A stretch of DNA of 64,000 bases from Squalus acanthias (lineage: Eukaryota), in contig CM059425.1 of assembly GCA_030390025.1 (NCBI GenBank), positions 164,240,001-164,304,000 on the forward strand. The letters are read 5' to 3'. Shown one piece after another: positions 24,169 through 37,287 of this stretch. A program made the translations under genes and the position numbers. The notes beneath the pieces were generated by a model. It made no database searches and had not been told where the DNA came from. It saw only the letters and a program-made list of their open reading frames with translations. Each line of letters starts with the position of its first letter. Position 1 is the stretch's first letter.

Positions 24169-24649
24169 CAAATGTCTGCGGAGTGAATATGCTGATATTC
24201 GCTTCACTTTATTCTACTCTCTCAGGTGTGTTTAAAGGGAGTTGTCACTGTAATGTGCTGGCTGGTGGAATTTTCCCTTCAGCAGGTCCTATACGTGCTG
24301 TAACTTGAATTGTTGCAAGATTTTTTGCTTCTTTTGCAAGTTTTAACCTAAAGTTAAAAATTATTGCAACATGTATAACTAGCGATGTTCATACTACCTT
24401 ATGTGACAATGTGCTCCTTAATGTATCCCAATGTATTCAAATAAGCATTTTTTCATTTTTGGAAGTTTTTTGTTAACAGGCAAATTACATAATCTTCAAA
24501 TACAAAGCAGATAGGTGTTTGTGACCTATTATCCCTAGTGTTGAAAGTCAGTGGCTTCAAGTTGTAAGGTATAAATATTAATTGCACATTCTTTTAATAT
24601 AGTTGATCTCCCATGGCATTGCACACGGGTCGTCAAGACCTGTTAATGT

Positions 24650-24812
24650 GAGTGGAGGAGGGGGAGAGGAGGGCAGCCAGGGGAGGGAGGGGGTGGAGGA
24701 GGGAAGAGGATGCAGTAGAAAGGGGTGGAAAGTGGAAGAGAAGATGGAGGAGGGAAAGAAAAGGAGGAATGGAGAAAGGGGAATGGAGGAGAATGATGGG
24801 GAGGAAGAAAGG
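24650..24812. repeat. GA-rich low-complexity tract
   Basis: Almost purine-only sequence. Confidence 0.8.
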
Positions 24813-25589
24813 CCAACTCGAGATGGGCAAAAATGTTGCCTTGCCTGCATCACCCAATTTCCATGGATTTGAATTATGAGGTTGTGGGCATTTTGAATAA
24901 TGTTCGTTTACCTGGTTTATGTTAAATAAATTGTCTGTTGGTTTATAACCTGAGCCTTGGTTTGATAAAATGTCAATCCACTTACCAAAGAGGAAGGAAA
25001 TCATGTGATGACGAGTGGTCCATTTAATAAGTTGGCAAACAATGGCAAAGGTTCTCTGTTCAATTCCTGGATTTTGCTATCACTTACCTGGATCATCAAA
25101 GATGTGAGGACTGTTTCTGGGACTCGTTGGTAATGATGAACCCGAGTAGAGTATTTTGTGTAAAATCCAAAAACATAACAGGGACCCATAACGAAATAAA
25201 ACATAAAATGGAATTTACAGAATCTACCTTCTATCCAACATGTTTTTTGCTCATCTGTATGAGCATAGGGTTCAAGTTGATTTCTGATTGGGCAGTGCTA
25301 ACCACATGGTATTATCAGACATGTCGGATTCGACAAACACATTCTACAACAAACATCTTCAAAAGTAAAAGAATGCCTGGGACAAAAAGTCTTCAATGAG
25401 ATATTTCTGCTTTTTAAAATGCTCTCCCTCCTTCACCTGAGAGGGGTTGACTCATGTCAGGTTATGGTTCCACATTCGTTTGCAGCTCTTCCATACCTCG
25501 CCCAAGTGGTCATTCTTAATGTGTGAACGTAGACCGTGGAGGGCTGAAAAATTCGCAACTCTTCTGGTGCACTCCCACCGTAAATTTTG

Positions 25590-25870
25590 GAAGAGGTGCT
25601 AAACCGAGGTCCCAACTGCCCTTTCAGATGGATGTAAACGACACATGATACTATTCAATGAAGAGCAGGGGAGTTGTCCTAGTGTCTTGGTCAATATTTA
25701 TCCCTCAACTAACATCACCAAAACAAATGATCTGTTTGTGGGAGCTTGCTGTGTGTGAATTGGCTGTTGCATTTCCCTACATTACAACAGTGACTACTCT
25801 TCAAAAGTACTTCATTGGTTGTGAAGTGCTTTGGGACATCCTAAGGTTGTGAAAGGCACGAAAGAAATGC
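25590..25870 (+). mobile_element. DeuSINE-like (SacSINE1-type) fragment
   Basis: Central domain AATATTTATCCCTCAAC..TGTTTGTGGGAGCTTGCTGTG and tail shared with other copies. Confidence 0.75.
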
Positions 25871-27018
25871 TCCTTCCTTCATTCTTTACTTTTCAGTCCC
25901 AAGGTGTTGGCTATTTTTCAAACTGAGTCTGATCCTTCCTTCGCCTGAGGTCCACAATGAGCACTTCCCAGCAAGACTCACTGGATAGTCCTGGCTGATT
26001 TTTCTTCTCCCCAGCACAATCCTTTATAGCCAAATATAGTGTAACTCAACAGACTGAGAAATAGTCAGCGGACTTTCCTGGTGACATATTTCTATTTATT
26101 CCAGGGGCTTGACATGAGTGCATTTTTGATTCTGATTGTTAAGTGCTGTTTCACATTTGTGTGAAATATTTTTGAATTTATTACTAAAGAAATCTCAATC
26201 ACATGGGCAGTGAAATTAATGCCTCCATCCAGAGAATAAACAATCATTTCAGATCTCACATTGGCTGCACCCTGTATTCAGGTACAGACTAAATAGATAT
26301 GAAAAAACTGAGCAATCAACTTTTACAATAACATTTGTTTCAAATGGCGTGTGTAATATGTATACTACACTTGTGCAATCTGTATTGTCATCTGATCATT
26401 TTCCTTTGAACATAATTTGAAACTTTCCATACAAGTGCCTTTCTTAAATTTTATGTCTTGTTTATTCTATATATTCTGACACAAAGTAGTCATCACTCCA
26501 AGTTAGTTTATTCTGTAAATTTTGGCTCATCAAAGTTTAATGCAAAAAAGATTAAAACCAGTGAAGCAAAAAAGATTAAAACCAGTTAGGCAAATGTTGA
26601 CCTTTATGTAGAATTGTGTGAATAATGCATAAAATAACTAATTGCCTACACTGTTAATAAATGCAAGTCCCACCCATTCTAATTTGTATTCCAACACCAA
26701 AGGGCATTACACTTTTATCAGAAGAATCTTATTATTGTTGCCTATGTGAACTGGTTAGGTGGCAGGTTCAATATTTCACTCACCTGTTTCAGGGAGGAAC
26801 GCTTAAAGACTTTCAGCAATTAGTTGGAGATTTTCGATTCATTCCAAAAGATGTTAACAATACCTGTGGCATTGCCATGGATAGAAATTAGTTGCTTTAG
26901 TAATGAGCATGAAAGTTTTTGTTGTGTATTTCTCTTGTGGAAGTGTGGCCCTCTGCGGTTGTAGTATGTCTAAGTTCTCGCATCCATCTTACCTTTTTGA
27001 CGTTGGTGGGGAATTTTA

Positions 27019-27697
27019 GGGGGAAAAATTGGGTTGCTTTGCGCCTCCCGTTAACGCCCAAAGAGGGCGCTAATGGAGCGCAAAGCAACTAGCGCCCGGG
27101 CGCGGTGCCGCCCACACCTCCTGCGAAATTCAGCGGGAGGTTAGTGGCAGTGCTAACCGGTAGCGCCCTGAGGCGCTGCGCCGCCGGCGATGACATCATT
27201 GCCGTGTGCAACGCCCCGCTCGCGCCCTAGCCACGATCTTCGGGAGCGCCCCCTGACTTACCGCCGGACGCTATGTCCGACAGGGTCAGGAGGGCCTACC
27301 TGCGGCCGGGGAGGCGCAATTTAAAGACGAGGTGTGGGGCGGCCATTTTTGTTGCTGCCAGCGGCGCTCCAAGAGCCCGGCACTTCTCTTGAGTGCCAGG
27401 CTCTTTTGCCGGCACTCCCGATCCCCGGGGGCCCAGCTGGGCCCCGGGTCATGCTGCGCAAGGCCCTCCCCTTTAAGAAGGGGAGGAAGGCCTGCAATAC
27501 CACGGCATGCAGCGCCGCGATATTGACTTGCAGCGCCCCAAGAGGGATGCGGGGCGCTTCCAGTAGCGTGCTGCTTCCCTCTTGGGGCGCAACCACTCAA
27601 TTTCTGGCGCGGGGGGCGCTAATTTTTCCGGGGCCCTAAAAGTAGCGCCCCGGCGAAGTTAGTGTCCCAAATGGGGCGCTACTCAATTTTTAGCCCT
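27019..27697. mobile_element. Harbinger-type MITE related to the 893-bp family
   Basis: GGGGAAAAATT / AATTTTTAGCCC termini; shared subterminal TAGCGCC and AAATGGGGCG motifs. Confidence 0.75.
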
Positions 27698-27904
27698 TAA
27701 TGTTTAGCCATGAACAAATTTTAATTAAACATGCCCGGTGAGAATGGGACGCATTCAGATCAGACACCTGATTTATACCCCGCCCAATTTTATGCTCTAT
27801 AGATTTCAATGGAACTGAAAATCGGGCAGGGTGTAATTGAGGCGTCTGATCTGGGTGCATTAGCTTAAAATTGGGGATAAAGGGTTGAGCTCCAATAAAG
27901 AGAA

Positions 27905-28350
27905 AAAAGAAAGACTTGTATTTATATAGCGCCTTTCATGATCTCAGGACAACCCAAAACACTTTACAGCCAATTAAGTACTTTTGAAGTGTTTTAATGT
28001 AGGAAACACAGCAGCCAGTTTGCGCACAGCAAGCTCCCACAAACAGAAATGTGTTAATGATAATCTGTTTTAGTGATGTTGGTTGAGGGACAAACATTGG
28101 CCAGGACACCGGCGAGAACTCTTCTTCGAAATAATGTTGAGGGATTTTTACGTCCACCTGAGAGGGTAGACGGGGCCTCGCTTTAACATCTCATCTGAAA
28201 GACGGCACCTCTGACAGTGCAGCACTTCCTCAGTACTGCACTGGAGTGTCAGCCTGGATTATGTGCTCAAGTCTCTGGAGTAGGACTATGAACCCACAAC
28301 CTTCTGACTCGGAGGCGAAAGTGCTACCAGTGAGCCAAGGCTAACACCTC
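27905..28350 (-). mobile_element. Full-length tRNA-derived DeuSINE-like SINE
   Basis: Minus-strand head with A/B boxes (TGGCTCACTGG..GGGTTCA), Deu-like core, L2-type tail GGCGCTATATAAATAC. Confidence 0.85.
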
Positions 28351-31300
28351 AAAAAATAAAGCTGACTTTAGCATATCTTGCCTCCAAATGCAAGTTCTTT
28401 CTTTCTTCTTTTTGAAGGTCACATGCTCGTTGGGGTGTGAGTGAGTTTGGGAGTAGTGCAGCTGGGCCTGGGGCCAGAGAGTATGAGGGGGAAGCATTGC
28501 TTGAGACTAAAAAATGCACTCAATGCCCAGCCACCCAAACCGCCCTATGCCCCAAACCTCACCACACAAGTGCTCCCACACTCCAGCCTCCCCACCCACT
28601 CTATCAAATGTTTGCAAGCTTGTTGGGGAGGGATGAAGAGAAAGAGTAGAGGTGGACTGGAGTATGGGACTTTTTTGAGGATGTTGTGGACTAGCAGAAC
28701 TCAGGGAGTGGCTATCTGGGTGTAACCGATCTGCTTGCATAAGCCTGCAAATGAATAGCATTTATAGTAATGGCAGTCCAAAGTTTTCTGCTCTACCGCC
28801 TAGAGCGCTCCAAAATGTAATCCCTCCATCACAGTAAGAAAATAAACTTAACTGATGCCTGCCAAACATTACCTTCTTGGAGAACTCTAGAAGGTGTTTA
28901 AGGCCTGAGGCCTTCTTGAAACAAAGGAGAGGCATGGCCAGAGAGCAGAAGCAGAGACTCAGCCAAGAGCAGAGGCTAAACAACCAGTTGAGGAGCATAG
29001 TAGAGATGCCAACTCTGGTTGGGTGTAACCTGGGAATTTCATCGCATCATCTCCACACACTAGCTGCCTTGCCCCCATGCTCCCGCCACTGACCACCTGA
29101 CCCATGCATCCAAACGGCACACCGCCTTCCCACACCAATTGGAAAACTAACAGACCCTTCATTACCCGATTGGATGACCCTTGACTGTCTGTCAAAAAGC
29201 CTTTTTTCCCATTTCCAATAGTTTTATGACCGGGCTGGAACCAGTGTCCTGGCAAATCGAATAACTAGGGCAGTAGACAGGGCTTTAAACTAATGAAGGG
29301 GGTTGCTGGGAGGATTGAGGAAAGAGTAAATTTTAAAGCAGCAAGAGAAATGTCAATGCTCTAGAGCAGAGCAGAGTTTTGGGTAAAAATAAGCAGAGTG
29401 GGTCAGGAAGGGACAGAGATAGTAACAAAGGTAATAGGGCATCAGTGACTAAGGTGACATCAGGGACAAATGGAAAAAAGTCAAAGCTAAAGGCACTATA
29501 TCTGAATGCGCGAAGCATTTGCAACAAAATAGATGAATTAATAGCGGAGATAGAAATTAATAGGTTTGCTCTAATAGCCATTACGGAGACATGGTTGCAA
29601 TGTGGCCAAGGTTGGGAACTAAATATTCCAGGATACTTAACCTTTAGAAGAGATAGGCAAAATGGAAAAAGAGGAGGGGTAGCCCTGATAATAAAGGATG
29701 GGATAAAGACACAAGAGAGAAAGGATCTTAGCTCGGAAAATCAAGAAGTAGAATCAGTTTGGGTGGAGCTAAGAAACAGCAAGGGGCAGAAAACATTGGT
29801 GGGAGTTGTTTATAGGCCCCCAAACAGTAGTTGTAATGTAGGGCAGAGTATAAATTAGGAAATTAAAGCCGCATGTAACAAGGGTAATATAGTTATCATG
29901 GGGGACTTTAATCTACATATAGACTGGCCAAACCAAATTTGCAGTAATAGTGTGGAGGACGAATTCATGGAATGTATACAAGATAGTTTTCTAGATCAGT
30001 ATGTTGAGGAACCAACTAGGGAACAGGCTATTTTATCTAGTATTGTGCAACAAGAAAGGGTTAATTAATAACCTTGTAGTAAAGGGGCCTTTAGGGAAGA
30101 GTGACCATAATATGATAGACTTTTATATTAAGTTTGAAAGTGATTTAGTTCAATCCGAAACTAGGGTCTTACATCTAAACAAAGCAAACTACGTAGGTGT
30201 GAGGGGCAAGTTAGCTAAGGTAGATTAGGAAACGACATTAAAAGGTATGACAGTAGACAAGCAATGGCTAGCATTTAAGAATTAATACATAATTTATAAC
30301 AAATATACATTCCTTTCAGGCACAAAAATCCCACAGGAAAAGTGGTCCAACTGTGGCTAACAAGAGAAGTTAAAGATAGTATTAGATCAAAGGAAGAGGC
30401 TTATAATGTCGCCAAAAAGAGCAGTAAGCCTGAAGATTGGGAGGAGTTTAGAATTCAGCAAAGGAGGACCAAGAAATTGATAAAGAATGGGAAAATAGAA
30501 TATGAGAGGAAACTAACGAGAGACATAAAAACAGACTGTAAAAGCTTCTATAGGTATGTAAAAAGGAAAAGATTAGCGAAAGTAAATGTGGGTCCCTTAC
30601 AGGCTGAGACAGGAGAAATTATAATGGGGAATAAGGAAATGGCAGAGAAATTAAACAAATACTTTGGGCTCGATTTTAATAGCCCTGAGGAGGTGGGTTT
30701 GGAGGTGGGTCGGCAGCGAAAATTGGAAAAAATGGCTTCAGACACCCAACCCGCCTCCATCCCGCCACCACCCGATTTTCGTGAGTGTCTATTCAGCCGC
30801 TCCCAAACTGACCCGACTGGAACCAGTGCCTTGCTAATCCTATTTTGATAGTGGTTTCCCATTTTCATGCCTCTGACTCCTGTTTCCCGTCTTGTCAGGA
30901 AACAGGCCAGCTGTAAGGAGACGAGTTGCTGGAGGACATGATTTGTTGTCATTGGTGCAGCACTTTAAAAGCACTCCTGTAACATGGCTGACATTCAAAT
31001 GCAACAACCTTGTTGTTGGAGGTTTGGGATAAGATTTTGCAAATCTACTGACCTTGACTGTTCAAGCTGACAGCCATCTGCAGTGTGACCTGATAGGAAT
31101 AATTTCAGGCCACTTCTTGCCTCAAGTGAAATCTATAGCTACAGGATGGGAAACATTTATATCCTCTCATCCTTGTCATCAGATTCGGAGGAAGAGCAGC
31201 CATGGCAGCACCACAACCAGCCACAACAGCAGCACCAGGAGTGCCAACCTCCTCCTCACCCACCTGATGATGCACAGGGCAGAGGGCCTCAGCGCAGGGC

Positions 31301-32195
31301 TGCACCTCGCCGCAGGAGATACTCTCAACACAGGGTTTACAGGCAGAGGATCAGCTTCCTCAACATGAGTGAGCAGCAGTGCCAAAGGAGGCTGAGACTT
31401 CTGTGAGAGGTAGTCGCTGACATCTGTGCAATGCTGCACCAACACCTGGAGCCCAGAGGAGCGGGTGGACACTCCTTACCAGTGGCTGTCAAAGTCACCA
31501 CCGCACTCAACTTCTTTGCTTCGGGCTCCTTCCAGGGATCAGCTGCAGACATAAGCAGCATCTCCTAGTCGGCCGCATATACCTGCATCACGCAGGTCAC
31601 CGATGCCCTCTTTGCAAAGGCGCACAATTACACCCACTTCTCCACGGATGGCCCAAGTGTGATGGCGTGTGCGGTTGGCTTTGCCAATATGGCAGGCTTG
31701 CCAATGGTGCAGGGCATCATTGACTGCACACATGTTGCCATTAGGGCCCCCTATCACAACCCAGCTGTATTTGTCAACCGCAAGGGATTCCACTCCCTGA
31801 ACGTCCAGCTGGTGTGTAACCACAGGAAGATCATCATGCATGGTTGCGCAAAGTACCCTGGCAGTTGCCATGACTCCTTCATCCTGCGCCAGTCTACTGT
31901 GCCTCAGCTCTTCCATCCGGCAAACCAACTTTCTGGATGGCTTCTTGGCGACAAGGGCTATCCCCTGAAAAAGTGGCTTATGACACCAATGAGGAGGCCA
32001 TCAAACAATGCTGAGAGCCGGTGCAATGTGAGTCACATATCCACCAGAAGCATCATCGAGCAAACCATCAGCTTGCTCAAAATGCGCTACCGATGCCTAG
32101 CCAGCCCTGGAGGAGCCTTGCAGTATGCACCAGCCAGGGAGTCCAGAATCATCGTGGTCTGCTGTGCCCTGCACAACATCGCACAGCAGCGCGGC

Positions 32196-33901
32196 TGTAA
32201 GGGTTTCTGACCCGTGTGGCTCTGTGCTCAGCCTGGGTGCTAGTGCGAGGTTAGGCCTTGTTGCCTGTTCTGGTCTCCAGCCAGTCTGGGAGCACTAGAC
32301 ACCTGTGAGTGGTTCGACCCACTCGCCCTTACGGTTCTGACACTGGACTTAGATGCGAGAGCAGTAATGGAGAGAAAACTCAGGTAGACCCGGTTGAATG
32401 GTACGAAATGGAAAATCTTTATTGCATATTATTCAAGATTACAAAATACATGTCATAAGCACAGATTAATGACAGTACAATCTTACACGCAGTTATGTAA
32501 CTAATTTTAGGGAAACGAGGAACGAACGACACATCGTAAATGGGGGCGCACATTACAGTTATCCTTAAAACTTAAACCCTCCCCTATCAATACCTGCTCT
32601 AAACTAGATTTGTAGGATCAAGACTCATGCTCACCACTCGTGATAACTCGGAGAATTCCGAAAACTCTGATCGGATGTTTTTCACCGCAGCACCTGATCA
32701 CCCACGTGTTGATCAGGGGTCTCTGTACCCCACTTGTTTACTCGTTTCTGCTCCGGCTAGCAGGCTGGACCGTCTGCTGTCATGAAGATCTGTGTTGTCC
32801 TCGGAGTTCCGATACTACTCAAAGAAGAGTCTTCCTGTGCCCTCGCACTGATTCGATAAAATTCGAAGAATAGTCTTCCAATGCCAGTTCTGTAAAGCTC
32901 AAAAGATAGTCTTCCTGGGCAAGGAAAGTGTCTATTCGACCTACAGGCGCGGTCGGGGCTTACTGACCGTGGCGATATGGTCGTCTTCTTCTCTTCTCAT
33001 CTCATCTCATCTCATCTCATCTCATCTCATCTCATCTCGGGCCTTCGATTCCAACACCGTTTACCGACTTCTCGGGATGGTGTGCCCGTTTCAAGGCTTC
33101 ACAGCCCAGTTCCACACAAATCTTCGCGGCAAGCCACGAGGCTGATCCTGGCGGATCGTAAAGTTCAACAGTCTTTAAAAGCTGCAAGAGGCAGAGACAC
33201 GAGGCAAGCGGCAAGGAGTCGAAAGGATAAGAGTCAAGAGGCATGAACAAGACGGCGAGCGAACAAGAGAGAGATGGACGGTTGTAGCTTACAGTTATAG
33301 TGCAAAAACTCTTCTTTTCCCGCCCAACCTTAATGTCTTTTCTTTTGTTAGGGTTTTGGCGCTCAAATTTCTTGTATAGGGCGATCTCCGTTTTAATGGG
33401 TTTCGGGGATACTCGTAACTGTCTGAGTACCTGTTAATACTTTTCCCAATGTGTAACCGGTCGGTATTCTCCCTGGAGGGGTTTTGGGGCTTCCAAATGT
33501 TTTCTGTAACTACCCGCTAACGGCTCTCTCATCGTAGAGTCGTGGGGATTTTGCATATTAATGTCTTTGGATGGGTTCTTGATCGCTTGGTACAATAGCC
33601 CTTATTCGCACCTGGGAGACCGATTTCAGTATTTATGTGTATACTGCAAACCCATAATGTCTTGTGTATTATCTCAAATGTGCTGAGCCTTGATCGATCT
33701 CGCACAAATGTTTATTGGAACGCCATCTTGTCTGCTTATCGAAAAGTCTAGAATGTTCTGCCACGAGGCGTGGCGGCCATTTTACAGGCTGCTTGTGTCC
33801 ACTTTGAAAACCTGACAGCATTCTGCTGAAATAAAGCTGTTTGAACGAAACTATGTGTTCTCTCCTTATTTAAAAAATCGCGATATATTGCGAATTCTAC
33901 A
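32196..33901 (-). mobile_element. 1706-bp solo-LTR-like insertion, family unassigned
   Basis: TGTA..TACA termini; 4-bp TSD CGGC; on the minus strand a GC box, TATAA (33299-33295) and AATAAA (32423-32418); no convincing ORF. Confidence 0.8.
32990..33037. repeat. (CTCAT)n microsatellite
   Basis: Tandem pentamers inside the solo LTR. Confidence 0.95.
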
Positions 33902-34291
33902 CGGCTTAGTGCTGCCAGATGAACAAGTGGCTCAGTACACAGCCTCCTCGGAGGAAGAGGACGAGGAAGAGGATGAGGAGGAGAACGAGGAGGAGGATGA
34001 GGAGGAGGATGGGAAGCGACGCTTTGCGGGGTCGGATGTGGCCAATCCAGCAATAGGCGAACACATTGCTGGCAGTCAGGCAAGGGATGCACTCATCCAT
34101 GCCAGATTAGTTAAGCTTACGCTTTAACCATAGGTGGCTGGCACATGGAGATGAATATAAATCCGACATCCTCAAAACCCCAGGCATCATCTGTCTACTA
34201 AAGCGCTCAGTGTCACCACCAACATTCTACATGGCATTCGCCCTGAGGCCTCACTCTTGAATTTCCATTTCCCAGAACACAGAGGCCACTC

Positions 34292-34531
34292 TTTAGGTGA
34301 TCTCAGCAGATCATTAAACCTTTTTCCACACTGAACCCATGTGCGTCTGCACACAGACCTCGAGCTCACCTCCTCAGCAATTTGCAGCCAAGCTGCCTTG
34401 GTTTGCTGAGGAGGCCTCCTCCTTCCGTTTCCAGGGAAGAGGACCTCCTAACGTCCTCTAACTCCCTCCACAGGAGCATGGAGAGAGCCCTCATTGAACC
34501 TGGGTGCAGCCTTAGTTTTTGGGGTTGCCAT
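34292..34531 (-). pseudogene. Harbinger Myb/SANT-like DNA-binding protein, N-terminal part
   Basis: MATPKTKAAPRFNEGSL..GVRGR*EVLFP..KAAWLQIAEEVSSRSVCRRTWVQCGKRFNDLLR; one stop; upstream acceptor TTTTCTTTTAAAG near 34550. Confidence 0.85.
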
Positions 34532-36999
34532 TCCTGCAGCTCCCAGCACCTTTAAAAGAAAAAAGCATTAATTTTACTCAGCCAATGATTGGAACACATC
34601 TGGCATATTTTTCATTTCTTAGTCACATACTACATTGATAGATAAAAAATCATAAATGTCTTTCTGGAATAATATGACTAGCAATTTCATTCAATTATTT
34701 GTGTTCACACCAGCCGCTGTCAACTCCCCTGAGTAGATAATACAGCACCAAGCCACTCCATTTACATTTTTTGTAAAGGGGACATGGCCCCTTTAAATTT
34801 TTACTCCAAAAATACATCTTCAGATGCGAGAAACTGGCATGCTCCAAGCAATTGCCTGGAGGGACCCGCACGTCGGCCGTAACGAGGCCAATCAAGCAAA
34901 ATTCGGAACTGCGGACTGGCAGCATCCGTGAGCGGGTCTGAAAACTGCCGAGCAACGGGCCCGCCATCAGTCCGCCCTCATCTTATTTATAAAAATCGAG
35001 CCCTTTGTGTCTGTCTTCACAGAAGAAGACGCAAAACACCTCCCGAAAATAGTGGAGAACCAAGGGTCTAGCGAGAATGAGGAACTGAAAGAAATTAGTA
35101 TTAGTAAAAAAAAGTACTGGAGAAATTAATGGTGACTGAAAGCCATTAAATCCTCTGGACCTGATGGCCTACATCCTAGGGTTTTGAAAGAGGTGGCTGT
35201 AGAGATAGTGGATGCATTGGTTGTCATCTTCCAAATTTCCATTAATTCTAGAACGGTACCCACGGATTGGAATGTAGCAAATGTAACCCCACTATTTAAG
35301 AGAGGAGGGAGAGAGAAAACAGGAAACTACAAACCAGTTAGCCTGACATCAGTAGTAGGGAAAATGCTAGAATCTATTGTTAAGGATGTGGTAAAAGGGC
35401 ACTTAGAAAATAATAATAAGATTGGGCAGAGTCAACACAGATTTATGAAAGGGAAATCATGTTTGACAAATCTGTTAGAGTTTTTTGAGGTTGTAACTAG
35501 CAGAATAGATAAGAGGGAACCAGTGGATGTGGTGTATTTGGATTTTCAGAAGGCATTCGATAAGGTGCCACACAAGAGGTTAATGAACAAAATGAAGGCT
35601 CATGGGATTGGGGGTAATATACTAGCATGGATTGAGGATTGGTTAACGGACAGAAAACAAAGAGTAGGAATAAACGGGTCAATTTCAGGTTGGCAGGCTG
35701 TAACTACTGGGGTACTGCAAGGATCAGTGCTTGGGCCTCAGCTATTCACAATCTACATCAATGATTTGGATGAGGGGACCAAATGTAATATATCCAAGTT
35801 TGCTGATGATACAAAGCTAGGTGGGAATGTAATTTGTGAGGAGGATGCAAAGCGGCTTCAAGGGGATATAGACAGGCTAAGTGAGTGGGCAAGAACATGG
35901 CAAATGGAATATAATGTGGAGAAATGTGAAGTTATCCACTTTGGTAGGAAAAATAGAAAAACAGAGTATTTTTTAAATGATGAGAGATTGGGAAATGTTG
36001 GTGTTCAGAGGGACCTGGGTGTCCTTGTACACGAATCACTGAAAGTTAACATGCAGGTACAGCAAGCAATTAGGAAAGCAAATGATATGTTGGCCTTTAT
36101 TACAAGAGGATTTGAGTATAAGAGTAAAGATGTCTTACTGCAATTATATAGGGCCCTGGTAAGACCACACCTGGAGTATTATGTACAGTTTTGGTCACCT
36201 TACCTAAGGAAGGATATACTTGCCATAGAGGGAGTGCAACGAAGGTTCACCAGACTGATTCCTGGGATGGGGGGATTGTCCTATGAGGAGAGATTGAGTA
36301 GACTAGGCCTATATTCTCTGGAGTTTAGAAGAATGAGAGGTGATCTCATTGAAACATACAAAATTCTTACAGGGCTTGACAGGTTAGATGCAGGGAGGAT
36401 GTTTCACTTGGCTGGGGAATCTAGAACCAGGGGTCACAGTCTCAGAATAAGGGGTCGACCATTTAGGACTGAGATGAGGAGAAATTTTTTCACTCAGAGG
36501 GTGGTGAATCTTTGGAATTCTCTGCCCCAGAGGGCTGTGGAGGCTCAGGCATTGAGTATATTCAAGACAGAGATAGATAGATTTTTGGATATTAAGGGAA
36601 TCAAGGGATATGGGGATAGTGCAGGAAAGTGGTGTTGAGGTAGAAGATCAGCCATGATCTTATTGAATGGCGGAGCAGGCTCGAGGAGCCAAATGGCCTA
36701 CTCCTGCTCCTATTTGTTATGTTCTTATGTAAACAAAAGTGTTCATAGAAAATGAAAAAATAGGTACAATTTTGTTTTTAATAGCCCTACGATTTCTCTC
36801 ACGAGGCTTGCAGGAATGACTTCCCCGCTGGCGAGCGGGAGTCAAAATTCATGGGGAGTCAGGCCAAGGACCAACAGAAACAATTCACAACAAGTACGGA
36901 ATAGTGGTGAGGGGTGGGGGGGGGCGGGTGGTGGGCGGAATCAGGTAGGTCCGCAATCTGGATGAGGGGGTGGGCAGAGTCCAGAGCTGGAGAGGCCTG

Positions 37000-37200
37000 G
37001 TATCTTCCTTTGTGCTAGGTATGTCTCCAGCCAGTGGAGAATTTCCCCCAATTCCCATTGTCTTCAATTTTACTAGGGCTCCTTGATGCCACACTTGGCC
37101 AAATGCTGCCTTGATGTCAAGGGCAGTTACTCATACCGCACCTCTGGAATTCAGCTCTTTTGACCATGTTAGGACCAAGGCTGTAATGAGGTCTGGAGCT
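37000..37200 (-). mobile_element. LINE RT fragment
   Basis: LDIKAAF.QVWHQGALVKL motif. Confidence 0.7.
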
Positions 37201-37287
37201 GATTGATTACACAAACTAGGGTTGTATTCCCTGGAATTTAGAAGGTTAAGGGGTGATTTGATCGAAGTTTTCAAGATATTAAATGGA

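Larger units (their letters stand above)
31146..34127 (+). pseudogene. Harbinger (HARBI1-like) DDE transposase
   Basis: [44 protein letters not shown], then an acidic tail; stops at 31404 and 31566; interrupted by 32196-33901. Confidence 0.93.
30666..35003 (+). mobile_element. PIF/Harbinger DNA transposon (two-gene, defective)
   Basis: TIR GGGCTCGATTTT / AAAATCGAGCCC; TSD TTT; convergent transposase and Myb/SANT genes. Confidence 0.95.
29270..36730 (+). mobile_element. CR1 LINE ORF2 (APE endonuclease + RT), split by a Harbinger insertion
   Basis: YLNARSI, ITETWL, YRPPN, SDHN at 29480-30660; RT 35184-36638 (LDFQKAFD, FADDTK); tail TATGTTCTTATG; NKYF|VSVFTEED rejoins across 30666-35003. Confidence 0.95.

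Noticed and set aside
24578..24879. ORFs in GA-rich and C-rich tracts (also 17423-18044)
   Set aside because: Low-complexity sequence that lacks stops for compositional reasons.
25088..25204. Minus-strand exon ending at a perfect CAG|GTAAGT (25087)
   Set aside because: No recognisable peptide, acceptor or partner exons; such donors also arise by chance (e.g. about 19325 in a CR1 relic).
32820..33037. CRISPR-like spaced repeats
   Set aside because: Only three degenerate short motifs plus a microsatellite, in eukaryotic DNA with no cas genes.
31146..34531. Domesticated HARBI1/NAIF1 host genes
   Set aside because: Bounded by TIRs and a TSD, contain stops and are interrupted by an insertion: a transposon, not host genes.
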